64,000 nt of DNA from Rebecca billardiae RCC1528 (taxonomy: Eukaryota; Protista; Haptophyta). The DNA lies in the NCBI GenBank assembly GCA_965240325.2, contig OZ251224.1, positions 4,030,001 to 4,094,000 of the forward strand. The letters run 5' to 3'. The first letter of the stretch is position 1. Each line of letters starts with the position of its first letter. The position numbers and the translations under genes are program-made. Below the pieces are notes generated by a model. It was not told where the DNA came from. It saw nothing but the letters and a program-made list of their open reading frames with translations, and made no database searches. This document shows, one piece after another, positions 34,524-46,832 of the stretch.

Positions 34524-37176
34524 CACAGTGCGCTAACCGGCACCGAAAGTTGAATTGGCAGAATCGGCCGATTCCGCGATCAGGGACGTTTTCGCGGAGG
34601 CCGGCCGCCATCGCTGGCGCAGCCATCCGCGCGCGAACACGCGCGCGCAGCGACGCCAGCCGCATGGCGTGCGCCAAGACGGGGGGCGGCTGAGTTCTGC
34701 ATCGTCTACGCTCGTTCGGGCTCGCGGGTTATGCCTCCCATCGCGGCCGCCTCCGTCCGCCTTTGACCAGAGTGCGCGTGCAGGTGCGCCAGCAGTCTGC
34801 GACATCGGCTCCCGCGCGCCGCGCCACACCGCGGCTGACAGGGGGGTCTAGGAGGGAATCGCAGAAAGTTACGTGGCTGAAATTGTTCGGTGTACACGCA
34901 TCATCAAACCTAGCACAGCTGCGTTTCGCCGTTGACGAGCTGCACCCCCCCTCAATTCGCGGGCTCTCCGCGCTCGCTTCGCGAGCAGGAACATCTGAGA
35001 TCCGCACGCGAACATGCGCGCGCAGAGACGCCAGCCGCATGGCGTGCGCCAAGACGGGGGGCGGCTGAGTTCTGCATCACCTACGCTCGTTCGGGCTCGC
35101 GGGTCATGCCTCCCATCGCGGCCGCCTCCGTCCGCCTCTGACCGGAGTGCGCGTGCCGGGTGCTCGGCAGCCTGCGCGCGCACCTTGCGCGCGCCGCGCC
35201 ACACGGCGGCTGACAGCGGGGTCTAGGAGGGCATCGCAGAAAGTTACACGGCTGAAAGTGTTCGCTGTACGCGTATGACCAAGTGCATCACAGCTGCGTT
35301 CCACCGTTCACGAGCTGCACCCCCTTCCATTCGCAGGCGCGCCGCGGCCGCGCTCGCGCAGGCGCATGGGATCCACGTGTTGGCTCGATCATCGGGATCA
35401 AGCGGGCTGCGCAGGCAGTGGGCTGGCGTACGAGCTCACTACACGCGCAGTGTCAGAATACGCTGCATCAGATGTGCCCCGTCGGCTGTGCTGCTGAGCA
35501 TACGGCACACGACGGGCACTCGAGCAGTGTGGCTGGCGATGAGCCCGAGCATCCCAGCTGGCGTGCGAGTGGCTTACTGGGCGCAGCTGATGCACGAGCA
35601 CCCTGCGTTGCACACCGAAGGTGCCAGAAGCACGCGTTCTTGCCATCCAGTCGTATCGTCCGGCCCCCATGCGCTCAAGGCGGGGGAGGAGATCTGCACG
35701 CGCACGCGCGCGCTGGAGATTCCCGAGGCCGCGCATCTGGGCGCTCGGGTTGCCTCCACAGGGGCACCTGAGCTTGACTCGAGGGCTGAGTGGAGCAGGC
35801 GACGAAACACGCACGACGAGTGGCCGGCGTGATTGTCTGGGGTCTCCTCGTGGCGCGCTTGCACGTTTTCGGCGCATCACCACTGTGCTGACTTCGCGGC
35901 GGCGCCCCGACCGCGCCCCGAGTGACCGTGTCATCGGCTGACCCGCTGACTGCACCGTACGTCCGTACCAGGCGCAGCTGAGACTCGCGCAGAGTAGCGC
36001 GGCGCCTATGGCTATAGCCCGGTCGTAGCTTGCGCGTATAGGAGTAGCAGTTGTCGTCATGCGACGCCTGCTCGCCTGCTGCGCTAATAAAATTTGATGA
36101 CTGGCCGCCCGCGGACCAAACCTACTGTGCGCACGCAGCAGGATTCCACTTCCAGCGACGCGGGCAGCGTGCCCGCGCGTCGACCCGACGGCCAGCAGTC
36201 AGCTCGAGTCGCGTCGGCGGACGGCTGGCTGGCGGATGAGTCGGCAGGCTTGGGGAGCCCGCGGGCGCGGCACGCCACGCTGATTGCATGCTGCTGTAGT
36301 TGCGCATCGCCTCTTCGTAGACGCGCTGCCTCACTCTCAGCTGAGCTCGGGCCGCCGGGTGCGACGACGGCTGGCGGGAGCCGCTGACAGTGACGTCATG
36401 ACGACCGACCGCGAACTCCGACCTGGCTGACGGCAGCGCGAGCAGCACAGCACGGCGCGGCGCGATGCGATCTGCGGCGCGGCGTGGCGGTGGGCCCGCG
36501 TGACACGCTGCCAGCGCCACTGGCGTGCGAGACCCCGCCCCGTCTCCGCAGCGCCGCGCTCACATGTGACCACGACCTGCACAACACGGGCCGTGGTCAG
36601 AAAGCCGTCGCGCGCGCGTTCATTTACGCGGCACCTTGGTGCTGAGCGCCAGCCGAGAGGTAGTGGCGACGACGACATCCACTCCAGGTCGATGTGCACC
36701 TGCGTCTGTGCCCGGGTGCCGCTGGGATGCGATTGAGGATGAGATTGCGGCAGCATGCCCTGATATGAGCAGCGGTCAGTTTGGAGAGCGTGAGTCGTGC
36801 CAGCACGCGAGAGCAGACGTGCACGTTTCGAGCAGCCGAGCTGGACCATGAAAGTCAGCAATCCAGCGCGCATGCCGCGCACCCGAAAGAGCCGACCATC
36901 TCCGCATGCTCAGAGCAGCCGGCGGCGCGCTCGCAGAGTCGCTTCGGAGTCGCTTTGCGGCCGTCTCGGCGCGTGTCATGTGGAGCTGCTCTCGAGGCGA
37001 AGGAGGAGGAAGGCGTTGATCAGCGCCGCTGAAGACTAGGACTAGGCTCTCTCGCGAGGTCCGCCGCGCGGTCTACGCCGCCGATCACGGCCTCTTGAGG
37101 ACGGTCGGCCAGCGCGCGCGTCGGCAGCCATCGTGACGCCTCTCATTCAACTTTCGGCCCGTGTTAGCGCACTGTG
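34524..37176. mobile_element. Non-autonomous CMC/Transib-like TIR element with CACAGTG termini
   Basis: Left end CACAGTGCGCTAACCGGCACCGAAAGTTGAAT; right end (reverse complement) CACAGTGCGCTAACACGGGCCGAAAGTTGAAT. CT flanks both ends (possible 2-bp TSD). No recognisable transposase. Confidence 0.72.
34625..35325. repeat. Diverged tandem duplication with about 375-bp period inside the CACAGTG element
   Basis: GACGCCAGCCGCATGGCGTGCGCCAAGACGGGGGGCGGCTGAGTTCTGCATC...GAGCTGCACCCC occurs in both units. Confidence 0.85.
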
Positions 37177-37862
37177 CTTGCACTTTGAGCCGAACATTGC
37201 TGATGATGCTAAGTCGTTGTATATATATATATATAGTGCGGAATGTGCGCGCACGGCGGCGCCCGCCGCGGCTTGGCAACACGTTCGGGCCACGCCGGGG
37301 CCTGGCGACTCGAGTGGCTCCGGACGGGGCATTGCCATTGGCAGACGGCACTCGGGCCGTGGCCATGCCCGCCGCTCGGGCGGCCTGCGCCGGTTTAGTG
37401 ATGGTGTCCGTAGTAAAACTGCCTCTGGTGCCGAATCTGGAGGCCGAGCGCCGTGCCTCAGCACTGCTGCCACCTGCCAGTAGCACCGCTGCCACCCTTC
37501 ATCCCTTGCCTCGGCTGGAACTGCTGGAACAGGCCGTTGGGCCGAGGGGCGCGGGGCGTGCAGCCGGACGGAGCCCGCTGCTCGACTCCGGCCTGGAGGA
37601 GTCGAGGCGCGCGCCGCCGGGCGAGCTTGCCGCGCACGCCACAGGGAGCCGTGGCTGCCCACGCCTCTGTACAGCGCAGCGGCCGTGCGGCTGCGGGGTG
37701 CGGGAAATAAAATAAGTTGGCTACCTTGCGGGAAGCAGCCGGGGGACGCGGCGCCTCGGCCGCGCCGCTCACGCTCAGTCGTCGGCTGAGCCCTCCTCCT
37801 CGTCCTCGTCGTTGTCGTCGCCGTCCCCGTCCCCGCCGGCGCCGTCCGCGTCGTCGTCACCG

Positions 37863-37894
<32 letters not shown>

Positions 37895-40800
37895 CGAGTC
37901 GACGATGGCCGGCTTGGCCGCCGCGGCGCGCGCGGCCTCCACCGCCTGCGCCCGGGAGCGGCCAGCGCGGCGCCGCAGGTGTGTGTGTCGCGCGCGTGAG
38001 CAATCGGCGCGCGTCGTGTGCGCGCGCGCGCGCCGCGCGCCGTCGCCGTGGCGCGCACCTTGTCGTACTGCGCCTTGGCCTCCTTCGCCTGCGCCTCGTA
38101 CTTGGCCTTCTTCGCCTCGTCCAGCCCCTTCCACTTGTCCCTGAGGTGCTGCTTGAGCTCGGCCGCGCCCACCTCCGGGTTCTTCTCCTNNNNNNNNNNN
38201 NNNNNNNNNNNNNNNNNNNNNNNNNNNNNNNNNNNNNNNNNNNNNNNNNNNNNNNNNNNNNNNNNNNNNNNNNNNNNNNNNNNNNNNNNGTTCGGTGTAC
38301 ACGCATCATCAAACCTAGCACAGCTGCGTTTCGCCGTTGACGAGCTGCACCCCCCCTCAATTCGCGGGCTCTCCGCGCTCGCTTCGCGAGCAGGAACATC
38401 TGAGATCCGCACGCGAACATGCGCGCGCAGAGACGCCAGCCGCATGGCGTGCGCCAAGACGGGGGGCGGCTGAGTTCTGCATCACCTACGCTCGTTCGGG
38501 CTCGCGGGTCATGCCTCCCATCGCGGCCGCCTCCGTCCGCCTCTGACCGGAGTGCGCGTGCCGGGTGCTCGGCAGCCTGCGCGCGCACCTTGCGCGCGCC
38601 GCGCCACACGGCGGCTGACAGCGGGGTCTAGGAGGGCATCGCAGAAAGTTACACGGCTGAAAGTGTTCGCTGTACGCGTATGACCAAGTGCATCACAGCT
38701 GCGTTCCACCGTTCACGAGCTGCACCCCCTTCCATTCGCAGGCGCGCCGCGGCCGCGCTCGCGCAGGCGCATGGGATCCACGTGTTGGCTCGATCATCGG
38801 GATCAAGCGGGCTGCGCAGGCAGTGGGCTGGCGTACGAGCTCACTACACGCGCAGTGTCAGAATACGCTGCATCAGATGTGCCCCGTCGGCTGTGCTGCT
38901 GAGCATACGGCACACGACGGGCACTCGAGCAGTGTGGCTGGCGATGAGCCCGAGCATCCCAGCTGGCGTGCGAGTGGCTTACTGGGCGCAGCTGATGCAC
39001 GAGCACCCTGCGTTGCACACCGAAGGTGCCAGAAGCACGCGTTCTTGCCATCCAGTCGTATCGTCCGGCCCCCATGCGCTCAAGGCGGGGGAGGAGATCT
39101 GCACGCGCACGCGCGCGCTGGAGATTCCCGAGGCCGCGCATCTGGGCGCTCGGGTTGCCTCCACAGGGGCACCTGAGCTTGACTCGAGGGCTGAGTGGAG
39201 CAGGCGACGAAACACGCACGACGAGTGGCCGGCGTGATTGTCTGGGGTCTCCTCGTGGCGCGCTTGCACGTTTTCGGCGCATCACCACTGTGCTGACTTC
39301 GCGGCGGCGCCCCGACCGCGCCCCGAGTGACCGTGTCATCGGCTGACCCGCTGACTGCACCGTACGTCCGTACCAGGCGCAGCTGAGACTCGCGCAGAGT
39401 AGCGCGGCGCCTATGGCTATAGCCCGGTCGTAGCTTGCGCGTATAGGAGTAGCAGTTGTCGTCATGCGACGCCTGCTCGCCTGCTGCGCTAATAAAATTT
39501 GATGACTGGCCGCCCGCGGACCAAACCTACTGTGCGCACGCAGCAGGATTCCACTTCCAGCGACGCGGGCAGCGTGCCCGCGCGTCGACCCGACGGCCAG
39601 CAGTCAGCTCGAGTCGCGTCGGCGGACGGCTGGCTGGCGGATGAGTCGGCAGGCTTGGGGAGCCCGCGGGCGCGGCACGCCACGCTGATTGCATGCTGCT
39701 GTAGTTGCGCATCGCCTCTTCGTAGACGCGCTGCCTCACTCTCAGCTGAGCTCGGGCCGCCGGGTGCGACGACGGCTGGCGGGAGCCGCTGACAGTGACG
39801 TCATGACGACCGACCGCGAACTCCGACCTGGCTGACGGCAGCGCGAGCAGCACAGCACGGCGCGGCGCGATGCGATCTGCGGCGCGGCGTGGCGGTGGGC
39901 CCGCGTGACACGCTGCCAGCGCCACTGGCGTGCGAGACCCCGCCCCGTCTCCGCAGCGCCGCGCTCACATGTGACCACGACCTGCACAACACGGGCCGTG
40001 GTCAGAAAGCCGTCGCGCGCGCGTTCATTTACGCGGCACCTTGGTGCTGAGCGCCAGCCGAGAGGTAGTGGCGACGACGACATCCACTCCAGGTCGATGT
40101 GCACCTGCGTCTGTGCCCGGGTGCCGCTGGGATGCGATTGAGGATGAGATTGCGGCAGCATGCCCTGATATGAGCAGCGGTCAGTTTGGAGAGCGTGAGT
40201 CGTGCCAGCACGCGAGAGCAGACGTGCACGTTTCGAGCAGCCGAGCTGGACCATGAAAGTCAGCAATCCAGCGCGCATGCCGCGCACCCGAAAGAGCCGA
40301 CCATCTCCGCATGCTCAGAGCAGCCGGCGGCGCGCTCGCAGAGTCGCTTCGGAGTCGCTTTGCGGCCGTCTCGGCGCGTGTCATGTGGAGCTGCTCTCGA
40401 GGCGAAGGAGGAGGAAGGCGTTGATCAGCGCCGCTGAAGACTAGGACTAGGCTCTCTCGCGAGGTCCGCCGCGCGGTCTACGCCGCCGATCACGGCCTCT
40501 TGAGGACGGTCGGCCAGCGCGCGCGTCGGCAGCCATCGTGACGCCTCTCATTCAACTTTCGGCCCGTGTTAGCGCACTGTGCTTGCACTTTGAGCCGAAC
40601 ATTGCTGATGATGCTAAGTCGTTGTATATATATATATATAGTGCGGAATGTGCGCGCACGGCGGCGCCCGCCGCGGCTTGGCAACACGTTCGGGCCACGC
40701 CGGGGCCTGGCGACTCGAGTGGCTCCGGACGGGGCATTGCCATTGGCAGACGGCACTCGGGCCGTGGCCATGCCCGCCGCTCGGGCGGCCTGCGCCGGTT

Positions 40801-41267
40801 TAGTGATGGTGTCCGTAGTAAAACTGCCTCTGGTGCCGAATCTGGAGGCCGAGCGCCGTGCCTCAGCACTGCTGCCACCTGCCAGTAGCACCGCTGCCAC
40901 CCTTCATCCCTTGCCTCGGCTGGAACTGCTGGAACAGGCCGTTGGGCCGAGGGGCGCGGGGCGTGCAGCCGGACGGAGCCCGCTGCTCGACTCCGGCCTG
41001 GAGGAGTCGAGGCGCGCGCCGCCGGGCGAGCTTGCCGCGCACGCCACAGGGAGCCGTGGCTGCCCACGCCTCTGTACAGCGCAGCGGCCGTGCGGCTGCG
41101 GGGTGCGGGAAATAAAATAAGTTGGCTACCTTGCGGGAAGCAGCCGGGGGACGCGGCGCCTCGGCCGCGCCGCTCACGCTCAGTCGTCGGCTGAGCCCTC
41201 CTCCTCGTCCTCGTCGTTGTCGTCGCCGTCCCCGTCCCCGCCGGCGCCGTCCGCGTCGTCGTCACCG

Positions 41268-41299
<32 letters not shown>

Positions 41300-41594
41300 C
41301 GAGTCGACGATGGCCGGCTTGGCCGCCGCGGCGCGCGCGGCCTCCACCGCCTGCGCCCGGGAGCGGCCAGCGCGGCGCCGCAGGTGTGTGTGTCGCGCGC
41401 GTGAGCAATCGGCGCGCGTCGTGTGCGCGCGCGCGCGCCGCGCGCCGTCGCCGTGGCGCGCACCTTGTCGTACTGCGCCTTGGCCTCCTTCGCCTGCGCC
41501 TCGTACTTGGCCTTCTTCGCCTCGTCCAGCCCCTTCCACTTGTCCCTGAGGTGCTGCTTGAGCTCGGCCGCGCCCACCTCCGGGTTCTTCTCCT
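34885..41594. other. Apparently identical 3305-bp duplication (34885-38189 = 38290-41594) across a 100-N gap (38190-38289); probable assembly overlap artefact
   Basis: The ORF sets are identical at offset 3405, and both copies abut the N gap exactly. Confidence 0.85.
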
Positions 41595-42342
41595 GCAGCG
41601 CGGGCAGCCGCGCGTCGAGGTACAGCTCGAGCGGGGGCTTGGGCTTGGGCACGGAGGCGGCGGGGTCCTTCTTGGCGGGGGAGGCGGGCTTCGCGCCCTT
41701 GCCCGCCTTGCTCCCGCCCGCCGCCGTCTTCGCGCGCTTCGCGCCCTTCTCGCCGGCGGCCGCCGCCTTGGGCGAGGCGGCGCGCTTCGACGCGCTCGGC
41801 TTGGTCTTGGCGGCCTTGCCCTTCGTCTTCTTCTTCTTGGCGGGCGTGGCGGAGCGCTTGCGCGGCGCGGAGGGCGCGCGGCCCGTGTCGGCGGGCCTGT
41901 CCAGGAACGTGAGGAGCCGCTCGATCAGCTCGTCCTTCGTGCCCGCGCGCTCGAGCGTGCAGAGCGTGCACAGCTCCTTGATCTCAGGCAGCCCGCGCTT
42001 CTTCAGGAACGCGCTGCGCTTGGCGAGCTCGGCCTCGCGCTCGTCCTCGCCGAGGGCGAAGCCGGAGAAGTCGCGCAGGTGCGCCTTCACCTTGGCCGCC
42101 GCGCCGCGCCGGGCGAACGCCGCGTGGTACAGCGCCTGCAGCAGCGGCTCCTTCGAGCTGTGCTTGGTCACGCCCGCGTTCACCGCCTCGATGTCGCCGA
42201 GCCGCGTGCCCTTGCCCGGGACGACGCGGAACTCCTCCTTCTCGGCGACCTGGATCGTGAACTGCTCCACCGTCTTGCGCTGCCGCGCGCCCCGCACGAC
42301 GCCCGCCGGCTCCGCGGCCGCCGGCGCGCCGTCCTCGGCCAT
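41180..42342 (-). CDS. DEK: DEK-like chromatin protein with SAP, HMG box and acidic tail; intron 41351-41463
   Basis: RQRKTVEQF...GKGTRLGDI...LRDFSGF (DEK N-terminal region), LKELC...GTKDELIERLLTFL (SAP), PKPKPPLELY...KWKGLDEAKKAKYE (HMG box), poly-Asp tail. The 3' part is also present at 37775-38189. Confidence 0.8.
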
Positions 42343-42417
42343 GTCGGGACGCGGCGCGCTGCAGCGAAAGCCACTGGCACGGTGGCTGCCCAGCACACGC
42401 GGGCTGCCACTGGACCC

Positions 42418-42498
42418 ATTCTATGATTTAACGACACAGGTAGGACGGCGCAGGTCTCCTGATTCGTCGTCGGCAGTGCCCGATCGTCGACACGAAGT
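42418..42498 (-). repeat. About 80-bp repeat, inverted copy of 55828-55907
   Basis: ACTTCGTGTCGACGATCGGG(C/G)ACTGCCG(A/C)CGACGAATCAGGAGACC...GTCCTACCTGTGTCGTTAAAT(C/A)ATAGAAT is present at both sites. Confidence 0.85.
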
Positions 42499-43557
42499 CG
42501 GCGCTGGTGGCAGAGCATAGCCTGAACCGCGATCGAATGGCTTGAGCGCGGCCTTGAGCTGCTGGAGCGCGATCCACCTGCGCTGCGCGGCTCGCATGGA
42601 CCTGCTGTGCCCCGAGCGAGGGCGAGGGTGCAGGTCCGGATGTCAGACGGCCGTCTCAGCCGCTGGGCCCTGGCGGGTGATCCGGCGGTGATGTAGTCGT
42701 CCCCGTGTGCCCTGCGCGGCCGCGTGCGCGCTTGCCGCTCTGCTCAGCTGGCTTGCTGGCGGCGGCTGGCGCTGCTGCGGCGTGCAGGGTACGCTTTGCC
42801 CCCGACTGCTGCGCATCCTCGTCGTCCGAGTCGTCGTCCATGGACGAGTCTCGGTCCGCGTGGGGGACAGCAGCTGGAGCAGGCGCAGGTGCTGCGGGCA
42901 GAGAGGCCGCCAGCCGCGCCGCCTTGCGCTCCTGGCGTTTCTCGACGGCGCGCCGCGACGAGGTGCGGCGGCTCGATGGAGATCGAATCCGCCTGCCTTG
43001 CGCGTCACGCCGAGGCCCGCGCTTCCCGCGCCGAGGCTTCTTCTTCCGCTTCTGAGAGTGCTGCTGCTCGCCGTTTGCAGCCTGCACTCCAGTACCCGAG
43101 CCCTGCGCGGCGAGCGCGCGCGCCGGCGGAGCCGACTTGCGCGCTCGGCGCGGGGCGGGATGCAGGGGAGCTTTAGAAGGCGCGCCACCACCTCCCTCGC
43201 GCCGCTGGCTGCCACCAGCGGGGGTTCCCTGTGGAGAAGCATCAGGCCCTTGTGCATCAGGCGGACGCACAGACACCGTCAGACGGACACTCCCATCTGG
43301 CAGGAGGGAGATGTGCACCGCGCGCGGGAGGCCGTCGGCGGCGGTGAGCCTTGCTGCGTCACGCCAAAGGCGGACGTAGAGGCGCACCCAACGATCCGAC
43401 AGCCCCTCGGGCAGCAGCGCAGTCACGTCGAGGTCGTCCATGCGAGCGTCGCCATGTACACGTGGACCAACCGCCAAACCTCGGCAATAATATTGGAGCG
43501 CTCGGTCCGGGCGGAACTTACCCGCCTTTCGGATTCGTCATTCTCCCGGACTCGCTA

Positions 43558-45171
43558 TCAGGGCAGCGCGTGCTCGAGCGCGAGCGCGAGCAGCGAGCCC
43601 GCGGCGAGCCCGAGGGCGAGCGCGAGCGGCAGCGCGTGCCCGACGAGCGCCTGCTCCGCGGGCGGCACGCGCGCCGGCGCCGTCATGAACGCCACCGCCG
43701 CGCAGTAGCCGTTGGTCACGCTGAGCGTGGCCATCGCCAGCAGCGCTGGCCAGTCGGTGCCGCCGCCGGCGCCGCCGGCGCCGCCCGCGCCCGCGCCCGG
43801 CACGCCGCCGCCGCCCGCGGGCGCGCGGGGCAGCGCGAAGAAGGCGGGGACGAGCACCACGCGCACGAGCGCGAGCAGCACCAGCGGCCGCGCGCGCGCG
43901 AGCGCCCACCGCGCCGCGAGCGCGCGGCCGAGCAGGTCCCCCGCATTGAAGAGGACGAAAAGGGCGGGCACAAACAACTGCGCATACGCGCGCGACGGTC
44001 GCGCGCCTGGCCACAGGCCGCGCGGAGCGACGCGCGCCGAGGCGGAGGGGAAGACGGCGAGCGTGACGGCGAAGGTGGCGAAGAGCGTGAGCAGCTCGGC
44101 GCGCACGCGCGCGAGCGCCGACCACCGACGCCGACGCCGCCGTGCCTCCGCGGCGAGCGGCATGCTGGCCGAGTCCTCGGCCGCGGCCGCGGCCGGCGCG
44201 CCGCCGCCGCCCGCGCTGTCGGCGCCGCCGCCGCCCGGCGGCGCGGCCGCGACGTCGGCGGCGCTCGGCGCGGTATCCATCGCGCCCGGCTCGGGCAGCG
44301 CGTCGAACGGCACCGCCGGCACCGCGGGCAGCCCCGCCTCGCTCTCCGCCGACGCGAGGTCCGCCAGCGGCAGCTTGGTGTGCGCATGCAGCCGGCCGCG
44401 CGCGTGCAGCGCCTCGAGCGCCGAGTGAGACGCGGCGCACACGCCCATCACGCACGCGGCGACGGCGTAGTACGCGAGGGCGGCGGCGCGCGGGTCGGCG
44501 CCGCCGCCGCCGAGCACCTGCGCGCCGAGCAGCCCCCAGTTCGCCCCCGCCACCACCAGCCCCGACAGCGCCTGCCCCGCCACGACCGCGTTGTTGTACA
44601 GCGGCGGCAGCGTCGACGAGAAGGCGAGCACACCGCCCTGCAGCGCGGCCGAGAGGAGGGAGGAGGCGCAGGACATGGCGAGGAGCGCGGCGAGGAGCGC
44701 GCGCGGCGGGAGCGCGCCCGCGGGCGTGAGCGCGCACGCGCACACGAACAGCGCCAGCTGCCCGAGCAGCGGCACGAGCACGCGCGCGCGGCGCGAGGGC
44801 CCGTCGCACACGAGCCCGAGCCCGAGGCCGACCAGGTTGAGCGCCGTGTACGAGAAGACGATGGCGGGCTCGACGGCGGCGGCGTAGGAGGTGCCGGCGA
44901 AGGCGACGTCGTAGAACCCCGTGCACGTGATGAACGCGTTGAACGGGAAGAGCATGCCCACGCCCTGCAGCAGCAGCAGCGCGTAGCCCGCGCGCGAGAC
45001 GGCCGCCGGCTGCCGCCGATTGCGGCGGCCGCGGCCGCGCGGCGGGAGCGGATCGGGGGCGTCGTCGTCGTCGTCATCGTCGTTCGTAGCGGCCTCCGTG
45101 TCCTCGTGCCGCGGGCGCGCGTCGTCCTCGCCGCTGTCCACCGAGGGCAGCCGAGCGGCGCGTAGCGCCAT
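43558..45171 (-). CDS. Equilibrative nucleoside transporter (ENT/SLC29)
   Basis: [47 protein letters not shown] and TNGY. About 11 TM segments. Confidence 0.92.
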   Translation of the reverse strand: MALRAARLPSVDSGEDDARPRHEDTEAATNDDDDDDDAPDPLPPRGRGRRNRRQPAAVSRAGYALLLLQGVGMLFPFNAFITCTGFYDVAFAGTSYAAAVEPAIVFSYTALNLVGLGLGLVCDGPSRRARVLVPLLGQLALFVCACALTPAGALPPRALLAALLAMSCASSLLSAALQGGVLAFSSTLPPLYNNAVVAGQALSGLVVAGANWGLLGAQVLGGGGADPRAAALAYYAVAACVMGVCAASHSALEALHARGRLHAHTKLPLADLASAESEAGLPAVPAVPFDALPEPGAMDTAPSAADVAAAPPGGGGADSAGGGGAPAAAAAEDSASMPLAAEARRRRRRWSALARVRAELLTLFATFAVTLAVFPSASARVAPRGLWPGARPSRAYAQLFVPALFVLFNAGDLLGRALAARWALARARPLVLLALVRVVLVPAFFALPRAPAGGGGVPGAGAGGAGGAGGGTDWPALLAMATLSVTNGYCAAVAFMTAPARVPPAEQALVGHALPLALALGLAAGSLLALALEHALP

Positions 45172-45403
45172 CCGCGTCGAGAGCGCCCGAGTTTGCGGGT
45201 ATTGTAGTACGATCAAGACGATGGCGCCCGTGCGCCCTGGTGGTGGGGTCACGGGTGGGAGAGCAAGCAGCCACTGTCTCTCAGAGCTTCACAGCTTTGG
45301 GTCGTGTCCTGCCGACCAGCAGCAGGGCTGCCGTCGTCGGTGGTCGCGTCGTCGCCGGGAGTGCTCGCTCGGAGGACGGCGAGGCCAGCGCGGCGGCGCC
45401 CGC

Positions 45404-46372
45404 ATGGCGGACGATCCGTTGGGCCGGCCCGATGAGTTTCTGAGCGCGCCGTCCGCTGTCGTGCCCGCCGGCACGAGCGTCGTGCCAGCGGCGCAGCCGC
45501 CGCCGCACCTCGTGCCCGCCGTGCCGCTCGGCTACGCGCTGCCGTCCGGCGCGGCGGTGGACCGCGAGCGCCACCCGTCGGGGATCGTGCCGACGATCCA
45601 GAACGTCGTCTCCACCGTCAACCTCGGCTGCGAGCTCGACCTCAAGAAGATCGCCATGCACGCGCGCAACGCCGAGTACAACCCGAAGCGGTTCACCGCC
45701 GTGATCATGCGGCTGCTCGAGCCCAAGACGACGGCGCTGATCTTCAAGTCGGGCAAGCTGGTGTGCACCGGCGCGAAGTCGGAGGAGCACTCGCGCCTCG
45801 CCGCGCGCAAGTACGCGCGCATCGTGCAGAAGCTCGATTTCCCCGCGCGCTTCCTCGAGTTCAAGGTGCAGAACATGGTCGCCAGCTGCGACGTGCGCTT
45901 TGCCATCCGGCTGGAGGGGCTGGCGGCGCAGCACGGGCACTTCTCGAGCGTGCGCGCGCGCGCGCGCCGCGCGCCGCCCGCCCGGCCGCTCGCCCGGCCG
46001 GGCTCACGCGCGCACATGCGGACCCCTCGCCCCCGGCGCGCGCGCGCGGCGGCGCGCGTGGCCTGCCCCCTGGCCGCAGTACGAGCCGGAGCTGTTCCCT
46101 GGCCTCATCTACAGGCACCAGAACCCGAAGGTGGTGCTGCTCATCTTCGTCTCGGGCAAGGTGGTGCTCACCGGCGCGAAGGTTGGCGCCGCGCACCCGC
46201 GCGTCGCGCCGCACCGCGCCGCGCGCGCGCGCGCCGACGCTGACAGCCGGCCGCCCCCCGCCCCGGACCGCCCCGTGCGCACCGCCGGCCCGGCGGGGCG
46301 CAGGACCGGCAGGACATTTACACGGCGTTCGAGAACATCTACAACGTGCTCAGGAGGTTTCGGAAGCAGTAG
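45404..46372 (+). CDS. TBP: TATA-box binding protein; introns 45950-46079 and 46182-46303
   Basis: [16 protein letters not shown]...[15 protein letters not shown]...[14 protein letters not shown]...[12 protein letters not shown]...[13 protein letters not shown]|[13 protein letters not shown]. Confidence 0.97.
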
Positions 46373-46751
46373 CGAGGTGCGCGGGGTAGGTGCTGCTCGG
46401 CTCTGGACCACGATCGTCACGACACGGCTGAGCCGGAGGCGGTACCTGCACGGCGCGTCATTGGCCCCGCGGCGCCGCTCGGAACAGTGAACGGCTGATC
46501 GGCCCAAGGTCTGTCGCCTGACCTCAGAGACGTTCACTCGCAGTGGGTCCGGGTGATGATGAGCCTGGCACGCGCCGCGCGGTCGCGGCAGCCAGCAACC
46601 GACGACGTTAACAGCGAGCGGTCAGAAATGAGCGCCGTGCGACGCGGCAGCATGAAACTGAAGCCATCGCGGTCAAGCGTCCGCAACAAAAAGATCATCG
46701 TACGTTAATATCTTTGGGCGGACAAATAAGGACACAGCTAGGTAAAAAACG

Positions 46752-46823
46752 AGCCGATTGTGAGAGTCGAACTCACGACCTAGTGATTACGGGTCACTCG
46801 CTCTGCCCCTGAGCTAAATCGGC
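46752..46823 (-). tRNA. trnT: tRNA-Thr(CGU)
   Basis: GCCGATT acceptor stem, GCTC/GAGC D stem, AGTGA-CCCGTAA-TCACT anticodon arm, GTGAG-TTCGACT-CTCAC T arm, and a T6 Pol III terminator downstream. Confidence 0.93.
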
Positions 46824-46832
46824 ACGACGTAA

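Noticed and set aside
35275-37040. Internal ORFs of the CACAGTG element as a RAG1/Transib transposase
   Set aside because: They are short and fragmented, and I recognised no catalytic or zinc-binding motifs.
42418-42498. 80-bp repeat as a hammerhead or HDV ribozyme
   Set aside because: The CUGAUGA/GAAA core is absent (CTGATTC instead), and I could not build an HDV pseudoknot by eye.
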